Positions 13,444 to 25,925 of a stretch of 64,000 nt of DNA are shown piece after piece; positions within the stretch are counted from its first letter, which is position 1; each line of letters opens with the position of its first letter. Under the pieces are notes generated by a model. That model made no database searches and was not told the DNA's origin. It was given only the letters and a program-made list of their open reading frames with translations. Source of the DNA: Raillietiella orientalis (taxonomy: Eukaryota); the NCBI GenBank assembly GCA_036172245.1, contig JAYWIR010000002.1, forward strand, positions 434,001 to 498,000, in the 5' to 3' direction. The translations under genes were made by a program, and so were the position numbers.

Positions 13444-14873
13444 TCCTTCCGAGTGCTATGAACTCATAGATGCGTCCGACGAAAACTATCAGCGTATGCT
13501 GTGGACCCATCTATGGGTTCGGCGGAACTTATCGGCGTGGACTGTGGACTCGCACATGCGTTTCGCAAATACTTTTACCTTGTACACACGACATAAGTCG
13601 ACACTGCCCATGTTTGACATGGATACACACACTTACGTTCTTATAATTCCCTTAGCAACGACAGTAAACCGAATTCTGTGTACATCGGCTACCTATTCTC
13701 GGTTTTTGAGTCACTTCTTCCACAGATGAACGGTTGTGATTTCCGCAGCAGCATAGCACAATATTATAGTCGTATGATTCATTGTATTGTTTTTTTATCT
13801 TTTTCATACCTTAAAAATGTCGAGTAATTTTGAAGAAATTACTACAAGAGACGACAGTGAAATAGATGAAGAGGCGGATTCGAATGAAGGATATGACGAT
13901 GCTTTTCATCGCCATCTGATCCTGAAGATATAAAAAGCATTATGGATAAAAGAATAGCCAAATATGGAAACAAAAATAAAAAATGGCTCAGGGTGCTGAG
14001 CACATCTACCGAAGAAGAGCATCCAGATTCAGTTCCAGATATTGAAGGCTCCACATGCGATGAAATGTTGATGTTTTCGTGGTCAGAAAAGACACCTGCA
14101 ATGTTTGTTTTTTGACGACAGAAATTCAGTAGTGAAAGAACAGCTGACTGCTCGATCCACATCTTCAGATGCTTTTCAGATTTTTTTTTTTCTCAGAAGA
14201 GTTGATTCCTCACATCACAAAAGAAACGGATAATCATTGCAAACATGCAAGAGAACAACATATGGCATATAAAATGCACTCTCGTTTCGATTCCACACTC
14301 CCGCTCCAGTGTGTGAGATGTATGAATTTTAGTGCATCACGATGCTAACGCCGCGAATGAGGAAAATCTCCATAAAAAGAGTACTGGTCTACTGATGAAG
14401 TGCTAAGAACAGCCATTTTCCGGAAAACTATGGCAAGAGATATATGATATTATTGCAAATGATACACTCCAATGATAACAACATAATAAATGATGACACG
14501 TTAATGAAAATGCGACCAATAATATCGACAAACTCAAAAACTCTATTCCGCAATCATTCTTTCCATATCAAAATCTGCGCATTGCTGAAAGCCTTCTATT
14601 GTACAATGGCAGATGTTATTTTAAACATTATTATCCCTTCTAAAAGAAGTAGATCTGGCACCAAATCATTTCTCCTTGGCGATTGCAACACATATAATAG
14701 TACGAATACAAACAATTAGAATAGAAACTTTAAACAGCACTTCATATAGCCAGTCGGTACCTCGATGGAGTACGCGGTACACGAAAAAGCATTCCGTACA
14801 CAGAGATCGCAACTGCGAGTCGCGTGCCGCCAACACAGAACGTTTCAACCCGATAAGCCTCGCACTCAAAGGG
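13444..14873 (+). mobile_element. Decayed, internally deleted piggyBac transposon
   Basis: Right end GCACTCAAAGGG is followed by TAAA (degenerate TTAA). Left end TCCTTCCGAGTGC is a degenerate inverted match. Subterminal cttatcgg and gactcgca motifs are mirrored. Contains a transposase relic. Confidence 0.75.
13817..14690 (+). pseudogene. piggyBac (PGBD4-like) transposase pseudogene, N-terminal half
   Basis: Frameshifted pieces: acidic N-terminus MSSNFEEITTRDDSEIDEE; DAFQIFFFSEELIPHITKETD; EYWSTDEVLRTAIFRKTMARD; DTLMKMRPII; FPYQNLRIAESLLLYNGRCYFKH; IPSKRSRSGTKSFLLGDC. These match the typical PGBD motifs CIDESL and YIPSKRSRFGIK. Confidence 0.85.
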
Positions 14874-16728
14874 TAAATGTAGAATTCCTTTCTTTTTTTT
14901 TTCTTTTTTCTTTTTCTGTTTTCTTTGGATTGCCCTTCGAATCCTCGGCACGCGGGCTTACAGTGCGTTCCGCACACCGTAAAGGGCAAATCCATCGCGC
15001 CAGCTACGGGCAAACTGGCTGCAGAAAGAGAAGCGGGAGAAGTAACAGGGCCTCGGTCAATTTCTGATCACAGAGACGTTCTGCAGGGAGGCGACCCCCG
15101 ATATGTGGATACCAGCCTTTTTCCTGAAGACATCAAGCGAAGAGCCTCTGGTTAAAATCGGGTTGGTTCTTGCAGATCCTGCGGTGTGCACTGTTTGCCC
15201 ATTCCGTACACAGAGGGCAGCGGTCGCGGGCGGCTCACCCGGAGTTCCGCAGGACCTCCGCCGAGTCTTCGCCGGCGGAGATGGCAGTGGGTGCGGGAGG
15301 CATCCATCGTGACCTGAGGTCACAAGCAGGGATCGCGTGAAAGGAGGGGGGAGGCGAAACGATCTCCCCGTAGTTGGGAACGCGGAACTCAGGGAAAGGA
15401 AGAGCGCTGCGCCTGAGGACACTTCGGCCACCAGCGCATTTGCAGTTTCGGTGGACGCCTGACGAGTTTCTCCTTTCCGTGTTCTTCCTCCGGTCCGGCG
15501 AGACACAACCACGGGAATGCTGAGGGCTGTGAGAGGCGCTCATCGGACGGTCGTTCGAGAAAGCGTCAAAATGGTCCGCTCCTGACCAACTTGTGGGGAA
15601 GAGGTCGTGAGCGCTGGCTACCGCTGGGCGCGCTCGCGCGGCTGGACGGTTTCCGCACGGTGAGAGGAAAGAGGAACCAAAAATCGTCTGCTCCTTCCCT
15701 GCCAGTTTCCGTGGGTCTCCGGGAAGAATGGACGGCTGCGACCGGATCTTCCCCTGCCGACCTCGGCTGCCTCCCTCTTCCCCCCCAGGTAAGAACGAGC
15801 GGCGGTGTGAGCAGTGCATCCGGGAAGTCAGAAGGTCCCCTTGAACATTGAGATCTCTGAGGCTCTGCGCCGGAATGACCCACACGCTTTCCGCGTCCTG
15901 CACAAATGAAACTCGCTCGAAGGCTGCTTGCGCGGCAGAAATGCCTGCGACCATCCCCGACCAGTCACCGAGAGCTGCTCTATCCCACCGGCGTGCAATG
16001 CCATGCGTTTTTTTCTTCTTCTTTATTCACTGCTGCCGTTTGGTATTCTTCGCGAACAGCAACAGAAGAAGAAGGTGACAGAGAAGGAAGAGTTTCGGTT
16101 TGCAGCCTTCGGAGAGATGGGCTTGAAGTGTTCCCCCCACCCCACCCCGCTGGTCATGGGGTCTCAGTGTCTCTTTTTTCCGAGCAGGGGAAGGGAAGCA
16201 GTCCAGATTCATGGAGGATCCACCAGGAAGAGCAGCGACGCAGACCGCGTACTCTTCCGGCAGAGATGCATAAGCAGCAGCAGCTTCAGCCTGTGCTTGG
16301 AGAGCCGAGAGGCCACCCTCCCTGGGGGTCCGTGACCGACCCATCCGCAGACGAAACGCGCGCCCTTCGAAGGTCGTCCCTGCTACCCTCTTTGAGCACC
16401 GCTCAGCGATGCGAGGGGATGGATGCGCTGCCGTGGCCGCCGGCGCCGCTCTCCCCGCACTGGGACTCCTCAGCTGAGGGTCACTCTTCTCAGGAATTTC
16501 CCCCTTCCAGGCTAGTGAGGACGCTTTGATCCACGCAGACCTCTTGGCTTCAACTTCAGAGGGGGTGGGAGAGGGAGGAAGGGGGGGGGGAGAATGGAAG
16601 GGGGGCAACTACTGGTGCTTTGCAAGCAGCCGCCTTGCCGTCGTGCCTGAGAAACCCCGCAGCATAGGGGAAACGGCAGATCTGTGTCTCGGGAGGGACT
16701 CCCCCTTCCATCCCCTTCCAGCGCCCTG

Positions 16729-17067
16729 CTACCGCGTCCCGTCTTGGTCGGGTGTCCAACTGTCGATGGACTGGATGATCCTCTCGGCTTGGCGGAGGTC
16801 CTCGGACCAGCGGTCCGATCCCAACCGCCTCCCCGAGAGCCCGTCCAGGAAGGAGGTGATGGAGCTGAGCTTCGTGATCACCGCGACCAGGACTGTGTAC
16901 ACCACCAACACTACGATGGGGACGAAAATGTGCATGTAACGAATGGGTTCCCCGAAGGCTCCCTCGGGAATCGGCGAGAGGTCTCCGTTGTAGTCCTCCT
17001 CCTCGTAATCGACGTCGTCCTGTCTTCCCGAAAGAAGTTCCTTCCATGTCGAAACTCTCCCAGGCAC
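16729..17067 (-). CDS. Terminal exon of an orphan single-pass membrane protein gene; 5' exon uncertain (candidate 17909-17595)
   Basis: Acceptor tttgtttag|GTG at 17067. Encodes VPGRVSTWKELLSGRQDDVDYEEEDY...IRYMHIFVPIVVLVVYTVLVAVITKLSSI...GRR...LRQAERIIQSIDSW...* with a clear TM helix and GC3-rich codons. Minus-strand AATAAA at 16027-16022. A phase-0 donor ACG|gtgagc lies at 17595. Confidence 0.65.
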   Translation of the reverse strand: MPGRVSTWKELLSGRQDDVDYEEEDYNGDLSPIPEGAFGEPIRYMHIFVPIVVLVVYTVLVAVITKLSSITSFLDGLSGRRLGSDRWSEDLRQAERIIQSIDSWTPDQDGTR

Positions 17068-18359
17068 CTAAACAAACAGGCCATGGGTCAGCACGGGATG
17101 CGGGGTGCACGGTGTTTCTTCTTGGCGTGGCACACGAAACGGAGAAACATCGGCAGCGATCGGCGACGGCGACGACAGCGGCATAGGAAACGGGCCGCAG
17201 CTTCCAGACAGGAGGGAAGCGCCAGGCCGGAAGACGCTCAGAGAGGAGGACGCACGACTCCCCCTCGGCCTTGACCGCTGACGGACGCGATGCGCTCTGC
17301 TCCTCCGGAGCGCAGGGACGCCTCGAGGCACCGAGACTCCCCCGAAAAAAAATCAATGGGGTCGCACGCCGCGCGCGCCGTTTCCTGCGTGCGGCCGCCG
17401 GACGGACTAGTTCGTTCCGTGTGTGCGCACCAGTGGCAGGGACGGTGGATGGACCGAATCCCCCGGGTACTAGGCCGCAGCCACCTCGTTCGGAAAGCGC
17501 TTCCTCCCCTGCTCCTTGGGTTCACTTCAAGAAAGAAAGGGGCGGTGGCCGACTCGGGCGTGCCGGGGCCTTTGGGACGAGGGGAGCGGCTCACCGTTGC
17601 TCCTTCTGCTCTTGAGAGCGGAGGTGAAGCAAGGATGCCAGAAGTCACTTCTCGATGGCTGCAGAGGGAACAGCCACAGACTGGGATCTCGTGAAGGGAT
17701 GCAGCAAGGGGGGGATTCTCTGTTACCGTTTTCCCTGCCTGTGCATCTTCCTCCTTACCGGGAGGAAGGGACTCCGAGGAGTCCACGTCCTCTGCTGAGG
17801 TGGTGGCATCGTCTGGTGAGTGCGCCACCGCGTTCGAATCTTCAGCTTTCTTCTTCACAGGCTGGCTTTCCTTGACCCGTGATGGGTGCGCTTCCTTGAC
17901 CTTCGACATCGAGCATATCCCAAGGCTGTCGGTCCTCCTTCACTGACTTGCCTATGTAGGTCTGCGCTCGGTCATTTCGAGGTTGTCCTAGCCAGTGCGT
18001 CCCTGCTGGGCTGAATACGGGGCGATGCCATGAATGGGATGAGGCGTTGACTCTCGCACCAAACCGATGCTCATGGCGCTTTCCACAAGATATTCGGCGG
18101 AGCCTTCAGGAGAAGGCAACAGTTGAAGGAAGCTGGCAAGAGGCCTCGTGCAGCAAGACGATTCCAGAAGCTCCATTTCCCCTTCTTCCGAATCTGGCAC
18201 TGCTTAGAGGAAGAGGAACGATCGTCCTGGACGTCATCTGCTCGTCCAAGGGTACCCCCGATGCTCTCAGAAGTGACCGAGAAGAAAGGAGACCAAATAT
18301 CACCGCTTCCCTGCCGACGGCGGACGTCCAGGGGACCGTCCGAGCTGTCCGACAGTTGA

Positions 18360-19487
18360 CTGTCGATTCCAGGATCTCGCATCACCTCTTCATTTCCGGA
18401 ATCCCGGAACCTTGGAGAGCCAACGGGTCGAGTTCAAAATCCCGAAAAGGTGACGAAAAACAAACATATGTGCTTATTCCGCATGGATTCACATACGAAT
18501 GTATTTTCATATACATAGTTATTCCTATTTATTAACATTCATATTATGAAAAGTGACATCATCGCAACAGATGTATCTATTGGGATTCAGTGACAGACAT
18601 TTTGTAAATATAATTAACAAGGAGTTGGTTATATTGTTGATACATATGAGAAAGATTATAAAAAATAAATATATATGCTTATTATATACTGCAACATGCA
18701 AATTTATATATACATAAATATACATTACAAAGATTCTAAATGATATAAAGATTTACATATGGTTATTACATGTATTGCTGTACATATTCATACACATATC
18801 CATATGTGTGTGTGCACACATTTATATTTATATCATCCAGTAAATACTGATGTATATGATAAACATATACATTTATTTTTTATACTCCTTAATTTAAGTA
18901 TCAACAATATAATCAACAACTTATCAATTGAATTAACAAATGTATGTCACTGAATCTTAATAGATGCATTTGTTGTAACAAAATCACTGCTAATGATCCG
19001 TATATTATTAGAGAGTATAAAAAATAAATGTATATGTTTATCATATACATCAGTATTTACTGGATGATATAAATATAAATGTGTGCACACACACATATGG
19101 ATATGTGTATGAATATGTACAGCAATACATGTAATAACCATATGTAAATCTTTATATCATTTAGAATCTTTGTAATGTATATTTATGTATATATAAATTT
19201 GCATGTTGCAGTATATAATAAGCATATATATTTATTTTTTATAATCTTTCTCATATGTATCAACAATATAACCAACTCCTTGTTAATTATATTTACAAAA
19301 TGTCTGTCACTGAATCCCAATAGATACATCTGTTGCGATGATGTCACTTTTCATAATATGAATGTTAATAAATAGGAATAACTATGTATATGGAAATACG
19401 TTTGTATGTGAATACATTTAATGTTGGCCCTCTAAGGTTCCGGGATTCCCGAAATGAAGAGGTGATGAGAGATTCCGGTATCGACAG
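18360..19487. mobile_element. AT-rich palindromic foldback/MITE-like element with nested inverted repeats
   Basis: Outer imperfect inverted repeats 18360-18424 / 19423-19487. Inner apparently perfect inverted repeats ~18508-18887 / 19013-19392; the ORF track shows identical 66-aa ORFs on opposite strands. The core is very AT-rich within GC-rich flanks. No clear TSD. Confidence 0.8.
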
Positions 19488-22091
19488 AGTGAAACGCCCC
19501 GTGGTTGCCTCCAGCATCTAACATAGCCGTAATATACATTGGACCCGTAGGTTAGGGCATCTTCCTGATGAATGTCGACTGCCAAGAAGGGTTGGGGTCC
19601 ACCGTTATGGGTGTGAGGAGAGTTTCATCGTGAGAGACTCGATGACCTCACGCGGACAGAAGAAGAGGATGAACCAGACGCGAAGGCGGCGCCGACTGAA
19701 AAGATGTCGCCCTAGGCGACACCTTCGTTCACTTAGAAACAGAGGTGGTTCACGTGCGTTCCTGGACCCTGAGGCTCACCCTCGTTCTTGGGACCCGGGG
19801 ACGCCAACTATCCGACGGTTCCTCCTGAATTACAGGGTCCCAGCGTCCGCTTCCGACTTAGGGGGATCTCGCGGCAGGTTTCGCGGCCCTGAGGCTCCAC
19901 TCGAGATGCCTCAGCAACGCGCTGGTTGCAGAGGAAACCCCGGGGTCTTTCTTCCCGCCTTGGGTGGTAGCAGCGGTCCCTTCGGTGCTGCCAACGGGAA
20001 CGCTCCCGAGAAGAACTGAAGGAGAGAACACGGCGCCGCGTTTCCCACCTCGGAGGGACCATTCACACCGAGGGGGAAGGGAGCATGGCTCTTCCCTCAG
20101 GAGGCGGCGTAAACTCATCCGAGGGGAGAGGAGGAAGCGGATCAGTCCCAACACCGCTGCGGGGAGATTCCGGAGAAGGACGGGAGAGAGGACCAGCGAA
20201 AGACGTATTCGAGAGCTCCAGCAGCCCGTCAGGAAGTGTTCCTTTTCGTGCTCAAAGGAACAGGAGGGGCTCTCAAGGGGGGTCTGGAACTGCCGGCGAC
20301 AGACGCGACCCTCGCGGAGAGGGCGAGTGCCCTCCTCGAGGGGGAGGAGTTCTCGTGGCCCGAGGCTAGGAAAGACAGTGTTCGACCCCGGACAGTGCAC
20401 CAAACTCCCTGGCGACTCTTTCCCGCCCCAGTGCCCCTCGGACGCGACGCGAGGATCGCAGGACCGCTGCGTCTTAAGCGAGGAGGAGCCACCCGGGATG
20501 AGAAGGGGAAGGAGGCGGAGGGTAGAGGTTCCCTTGACGATGGCACACCCTCCGCGGCAGACTGCGGAGGCAGCAGGGGGACGTGGAGAGAAGGGAGAGA
20601 GGAGGTTTCGCGTCTTATCCTCCCCTCCTTCTCTGGGAGGGTAGAGATCTGGAGACTCCCTCGGGCGACGTGGTACGTGACCACCCAGCCGGCGTTCTGC
20701 GCGAGTTCTTGTGGAGGTTCGCTTGCACTTCAGCGCCACTCGAGAGGCCGTCGGCTCCGCCAGCCACAGGCGCCCCCGTCGGACTCGCCGCTGACGTTCT
20801 TCGTGCTCCCGGGAACCGCAGGAGCTTCCCCTTGACTCGGGGAGCGCCCGCGGAGTCATCGCGGCAGCGACCTCGCTCTACCTGCGAAGTCATCGCCGCT
20901 GGACGGAGGCCAAGAACGAAGCGGGAGAGGAGCCCCACGGGACGACACCCGGGTCGGCTGGTGCCCTGCGGCTGCAGGCAGGGGGATCGCCTAAGGAGAG
21001 GGAAATTCTCCAAACGATCGACGCGCCGCCGCAGGCGTCGTTCGGGGCGCGCGTCGCCACCAACTCTCCGGGTGCGGCCGAGCGACCTCAGGCGCCGAAG
21101 GAGACCCCTTCCGCGCCCCTTCCCGCGGCAGGGTGTCGACCGAAGCAGAGTGGCCCTGGATTCGCCCTCGGCGCGTTAAAAGACTGCATGTGTAAAAGAC
21201 TGAGGACCCTCGCTGCCATGGACGGGTAAAGGGGGAAGGGGAAAAAAAATTCCAAACTAAAAAAAAAAAAAGCCACAACAAAAGCCACGCCTCGCGCATC
21301 ACCGCCTGGCCGTCGTGTGTGCCGCATGGGGGCGTGGGAGCGCCTTCCTCCCGCGTGCTTCTAGAGAGGTGCGTGGGAGGAGGAAGGGGAGCGCGAGCCG
21401 CTACGAAAGGCGGAGGAGGAGCGGCCGTCGGAAGTTGCGACGCGCCCCCGCAGGGGCAGACGGCGCTGGAGCGACCGTGACCTTGACACCCAAGCTTCCC
21501 GTTTCCTCAGATTCGAGAGCCCGCGCGACGCGGGAGCGAAATCCCGACTGGACATCTCGTGTCCAGCACCTCTCCTCCTGAAGTCCCCCCCGTGACTTCA
21601 GCCCGATCCCGCGGGGGGAGAGAGGGAGCTCCGCGCGACATCGCCGGAAAGAAAGACTCCTCCTCCACCTCCCTCACGTCCCGGAAGGAGGTGGGGATGG
21701 TGGAACCCTGGACGAAGCGGCGCAGCTTCTGGAAGCCTTCGAGGTGTAGGGAGGGATGGGCGGCTCTTCCCTCAGCAGCAGCCCTTCCACCGGATCCGGG
21801 ACGCGGCAGCAGGGTTTGAGTACAACCAGGATGTCGACGGAAATGGACCTGCGTCTGCCCAGCTTAGAGCGCTCCCTCGAGCTGCGGCAGGAAGATCTCC
21901 CTACCTGTGTTGGGCTGCCTCCTTCTGCCCCATGTTGACTTTCCACCCAGAACTACCGAAAGTTTCGACGGGCGCAAAAAAAAATCCCCGAGGTGGCGCC
22001 CGGACGGCCGTCCGAACGCCCCTTTCCCCAGCCGAACCAGCGTCACCCCGACGGCCTGCCTGGCGATTTCGATCTTTATCGGTCACAGACC

Positions 22092-22147
22092 GAGCCATTT
22101 GCAGTCGGTCGCCGCGAGTCCGGCTTCGGGACGTGACGTCAGCGCGG
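22092..22147 (-). repeat. 55-bp dispersed GC-rich element containing TGACGTCA (copy 1)
   Basis: Reverse complement matches 30775-30829 at 48 of 56 aligned positions (manual alignment). Confidence 0.8.
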
Positions 22148-25062
22148 GGCGCAACAGTGCGGTCCGAAAACGCAGGAAGATTCACTCGCAACGGCTCGCC
22201 ACTTTCACCTTTCGCGCCGAAACGCAGCCGGCTTTGAGTGGCTCCCCCTGCAGAAGGTCGCACCCACCTCTGGGAAAAGAAATGACCAGGAACTCCTCCC
22301 CAAGAAACTACCCTTAGACGTCTTCCGTGAGCAGCGCGGTCGAATGAGCGGCTTCGGTTCCGCAGGTGCTGAGGTCGGTTCCCACAGCTTCAGTTCCTAT
22401 TTCAGTCCCTTGGAACTCGGAATGAACATGCCCACTTTTTTCGCAGAGGCTGCTTCCGAGAAACCCGAAAAGAGGAACGTAGAGAGCATCAATGGCCCGA
22501 CCTCGGCAAACCCTGCCTGAGCTGCAAGTCTATGGTAGAGGAAGGTGGGAGGAATTCCTTCCTGCACGGGACACGTCCATCGATAGAAGAGACTGGAATT
22601 CACAGGATGCGTGGAAAAACGGAAAGAGGAGCTGCTTGGAGACTCGGAATCCCACGATCCGCAGTGTCCTAACTGAAGGGACCCAAATCCCGGCGCGGAA
22701 ATCCCCAACGAGGCAACAGGCTGGACAGAGATGCCCGTTCGTCCTGGAAACGGTGGCAGCAGCACTGCAGTGATTGCGGAGGAGATCCGCAGCGGCCACG
22801 ATGAAGGAAAGAGTCCGATGGTGCCACGGCGCCTCGAAGCACCCTCAAGGCGCACCCTATCCGGGGAGACCCGTCACGAGCCCGGCAGCGACGTCGAAAG
22901 CTCCTGGGCGGTGGGCAGGAAGGCGTCCGGGTGCATTGGGGAGAAAATGTCGCACGTTCGAGGGACGAGTGAGTGCCCGAGATCGCATTGCGTGGGCGGG
23001 TTCGATGAGAACACGGGAACGCCTAAGCACGGACACCCCTTGCCTCGAAAGGAAGACCAGGTTCTACCCGGTGCAGGGCAGTGCCAGCCCTTGCAGCGCT
23101 CCCCATTTCACGGATAGCACCTTCGCTTCGAACATTCCTTCACCACGAGGCGCGCGACTCGACCCCCGGAGGCCCTCGTGGGTGGCGGCGACTCACAGCT
23201 GAGAGAAAAGGGTGCCCATCTCCTGTGTCGGGGGGCGCTCAAGGCAGCAGGAATCGCCCGACGCCTCCAAGCGCCTGACCGTCATCACGGGAGGTCGCGA
23301 CGTGCCGGTGGCACGGCCCTTACGCGCCGCCGCGCGAGGCGTGGGGAAGTGGGGGCCACCGGGCATCCTGCTCCGGGAATGATAACGAAGAGGATCCAGT
23401 GCTCCGGGAGGAAGGGAAAGGACCACCTCTGGACGTCTCCCACCCTCCTGGGCTTTCAGCCACGGGGCCGGGAGGAGCACTGACGGACGGGGGATTGGCC
23501 GCCGAGGGAGCACCGGCAACCACAAGAGCAGTCGTCACCGGTGACCAAGCATCGCGGGGAGGAGGAAGGACCCAGACACCCAACGCCCTCTGGATACGTG
23601 CTGAAAACATCGGATGGGTTGCTGCCCCTGTCGGGAACACCCTCAAGAATCGCAGCCTTGTCGTGAGGATGCGTCGAAGGGATGGGCCCGGTGGGAAAGA
23701 TGCCGGAAACTCCCTCTTTCGTTTGCGTGAGCAATTCTGCATGGGAAAACGGCTCTTTGTTCCTGGAGACGGTTTCCGAAATCTGGATGACCGCCGCCCA
23801 CAGAATCTCAGTTTCCATGGAATCGACCAAACACGACTCCTATCCGTTGTGCCTACCGCTGTCCTCCCGTTACTGGGTAGTCCTGAATTATTTATTGCAT
23901 CTTTTTTAGCGGATGGTCCAAGTCCTCTTGCATGCGCCTTCCTTTATGTGACCCGTGAGGTTAATTTTAAAATCTTTAGTTTCTGAATCCCGGTCATTAG
24001 AGCTCCTGAATGCCACGTACTGTCGCTCAAAGAGTTGGTGAGTCTTCTCTGCTTGTTTTCGTTCGCATTCAAAGAAGATTTCGCATTCCAGGGAAGAATT
24101 CCCTGGTTCCGGGGCTTCGGGAAGATAGTCGCGTCGTTACTGTTGCTGTTCCTGCGTTTGCACAAGGAGGTGAAACATACACGTGAATTATGTACGGGAT
24201 TCCGCCAGCTCCCCTGATAGGTCCACTGGTTGTTGTTGGCGTCTAACCTTTCTTCCCGCCGTTACTCTCCAGCGTTATCTCGTCTCTCGGCAGAATGCAA
24301 GCCGAGCCATTGGAACGGCAAATCATCCGGTTGTCCTTATCGCTCGCAAGCATACCTTCACGCTGCCGTACGCAAGCACGAACACGTGTACCAAAGGATG
24401 CGCAAATCACATTCCGTACGTCATTGGGTTGTCGAGACCAGCTCGCGTCGCAGCGCAGCACTGAGCTCTGTTATCTGTGACTCGTGCGCACAGGGGCACG
24501 GAACGTGAGTCCCATGGAGATGCTGGGTTCCTCACTCCCGTCACGAACGACGCCGCTCTCCGCTGTTTCAGCGCCTCTGCGTCGGAGGAGAGCTTCGCCA
24601 TGAGACGGGTTCCTCCGCGTTCGGTTCCGTGTCGAAGTCGCTCCAGGGAAGAGAGAGAAGCGGTTCGAAATCCATCCTCCCCGTTCTTGGGTTCTGGTCG
24701 CTCGCTGCCCTGAGCTTGTGGAAAGACAACAGGAGAGAATCAGAAGATCGGGATTTCGGGAGAAAGCTCTTTGGCAAGCAGTTGGATTCCGGACTTCAGT
24801 GCTGCTTGCACAGTGCTCCTGCGTTTCCAGAACCGTGGTCAAGACCGCCGTGCCTTCGATACTTGTGCGCAATTTTCTTGAACAAAGAGCTGGTGGTAAA
24901 CCAGCTCATGGGAAAATGAACTTTCCGTTTGTTTGTTACGAAAGGCAGACTGACTACTTGTACCAGGATAAGAAGTCAAAAGTAGCTCCCTTTCCTCTTT
25001 CCTCGTTCCCGTTTCGCGTCAAGTTGGTCGGTATAACTGCCTTTCCACTTCCTCTTCTTCTC

Positions 25063-25925
25063 TCATAAAAGTCTGTAGACGAAACATTCGCTATCCTTCC
25101 TGTTACCTGGAGGGTCAGCTGGCACATGTATGCCCAAAATGTGATGTTTGGGGTCTTCACAAACACAAAAAAAATGTTTGAAAGAGTCTTTTCCCTTGTT
25201 ATGCAGGTTCAGCACGCATCTGCTCGAAAAATTCACTTCCGGAGCACAGCAATCGACTGCAACAAGCAGGGCGTCCTCCATCCAAATGTTGTACCCTATA
25301 AGCATCTGATAATCCCTGAATCGAAAATTCATCTTTCTACGATTTGGGCCAAATTTTCCCGTTAGATGATTTGGGCACCCTTGGTAGCAAGTTAGTGATG
25401 ATGAAATCAACTTATCTTTCGGTTCGATCACCTAACAGAAAATGGATGTTAAGATTTCCGATCCACAAAATAGCTAAAACATGAGTGACGGGAATAACCG
25501 CAGAAGCATCAGTTACCATTATCCAGAGGAAAAAGATCATTGAAGGAAATTACAAAGAGGCAGAGATGAAATGAGGATTCGTTATTGTCTCGGATCCGTT
25601 CAATATTCATTTGGATATTCATCGACCTTCACTCCGGACTTGTTCAGGAAACGTTTCCAACCTTGTAGAGGTTCCGATTAACAGAATTTCTGGTCCATGT
25701 AAGCAAGCGTTCATATCGAAAGAGGCGAAAATTTCCTCGCACAGTGCTATTTGGGATTGCCTGTGGTAAAAAGCGGCAGTGGTGGAGGTGAGACACTTGC
25801 AAGTGACCACACACTTCATAACACAATGCTCATCTGCATCTTCTATCATACGTATGACCGGGAGAAGACAGGAGTACATTATATCTTTCTCTCTATCCAT
25901 GACGACGAAGATTTCTACTGCTGCC
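25063..25925 (-). CDS. Candidate two-exon fragment of a Cys-rich (possibly PAN/apple-like) protein
   Basis: Exons 25925-25640 (ttttctag|; weak donor gtccgg) and 25431-25063 (ttctgttag|) are phase-compatible. Motifs HCVMKCVVTCKC..AAFY..LCE and LIGYNI..VDCC...RC. No start exon found. Confidence 0.25.

Noticed and set aside
17820-17965. TYIGKS and RVKE...SNAVAH on the minus strand, reminiscent of a Penelope GIY-YIG nuclease
   Set aside because: The motifs are in different frames, the spacing is wrong and no RT is nearby, so chance cannot be excluded.
18525-19375. Identical 66-aa ORFs (and near-identical 64-aa ORFs) on opposite strands
   Set aside because: They are a by-product of the inverted repeat. 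The low-complexity I/Y/N/H translation of AT-rich DNA is not gene-like.
19858-20859. Longest ORF in the track (333 aa) and similar R/P/G/S-rich ORFs at 324-1219 and 15-24 kb
   Set aside because: Expected from stop-codon scarcity in GC-rich DNA. They overlap in several frames and show no recognisable domain.
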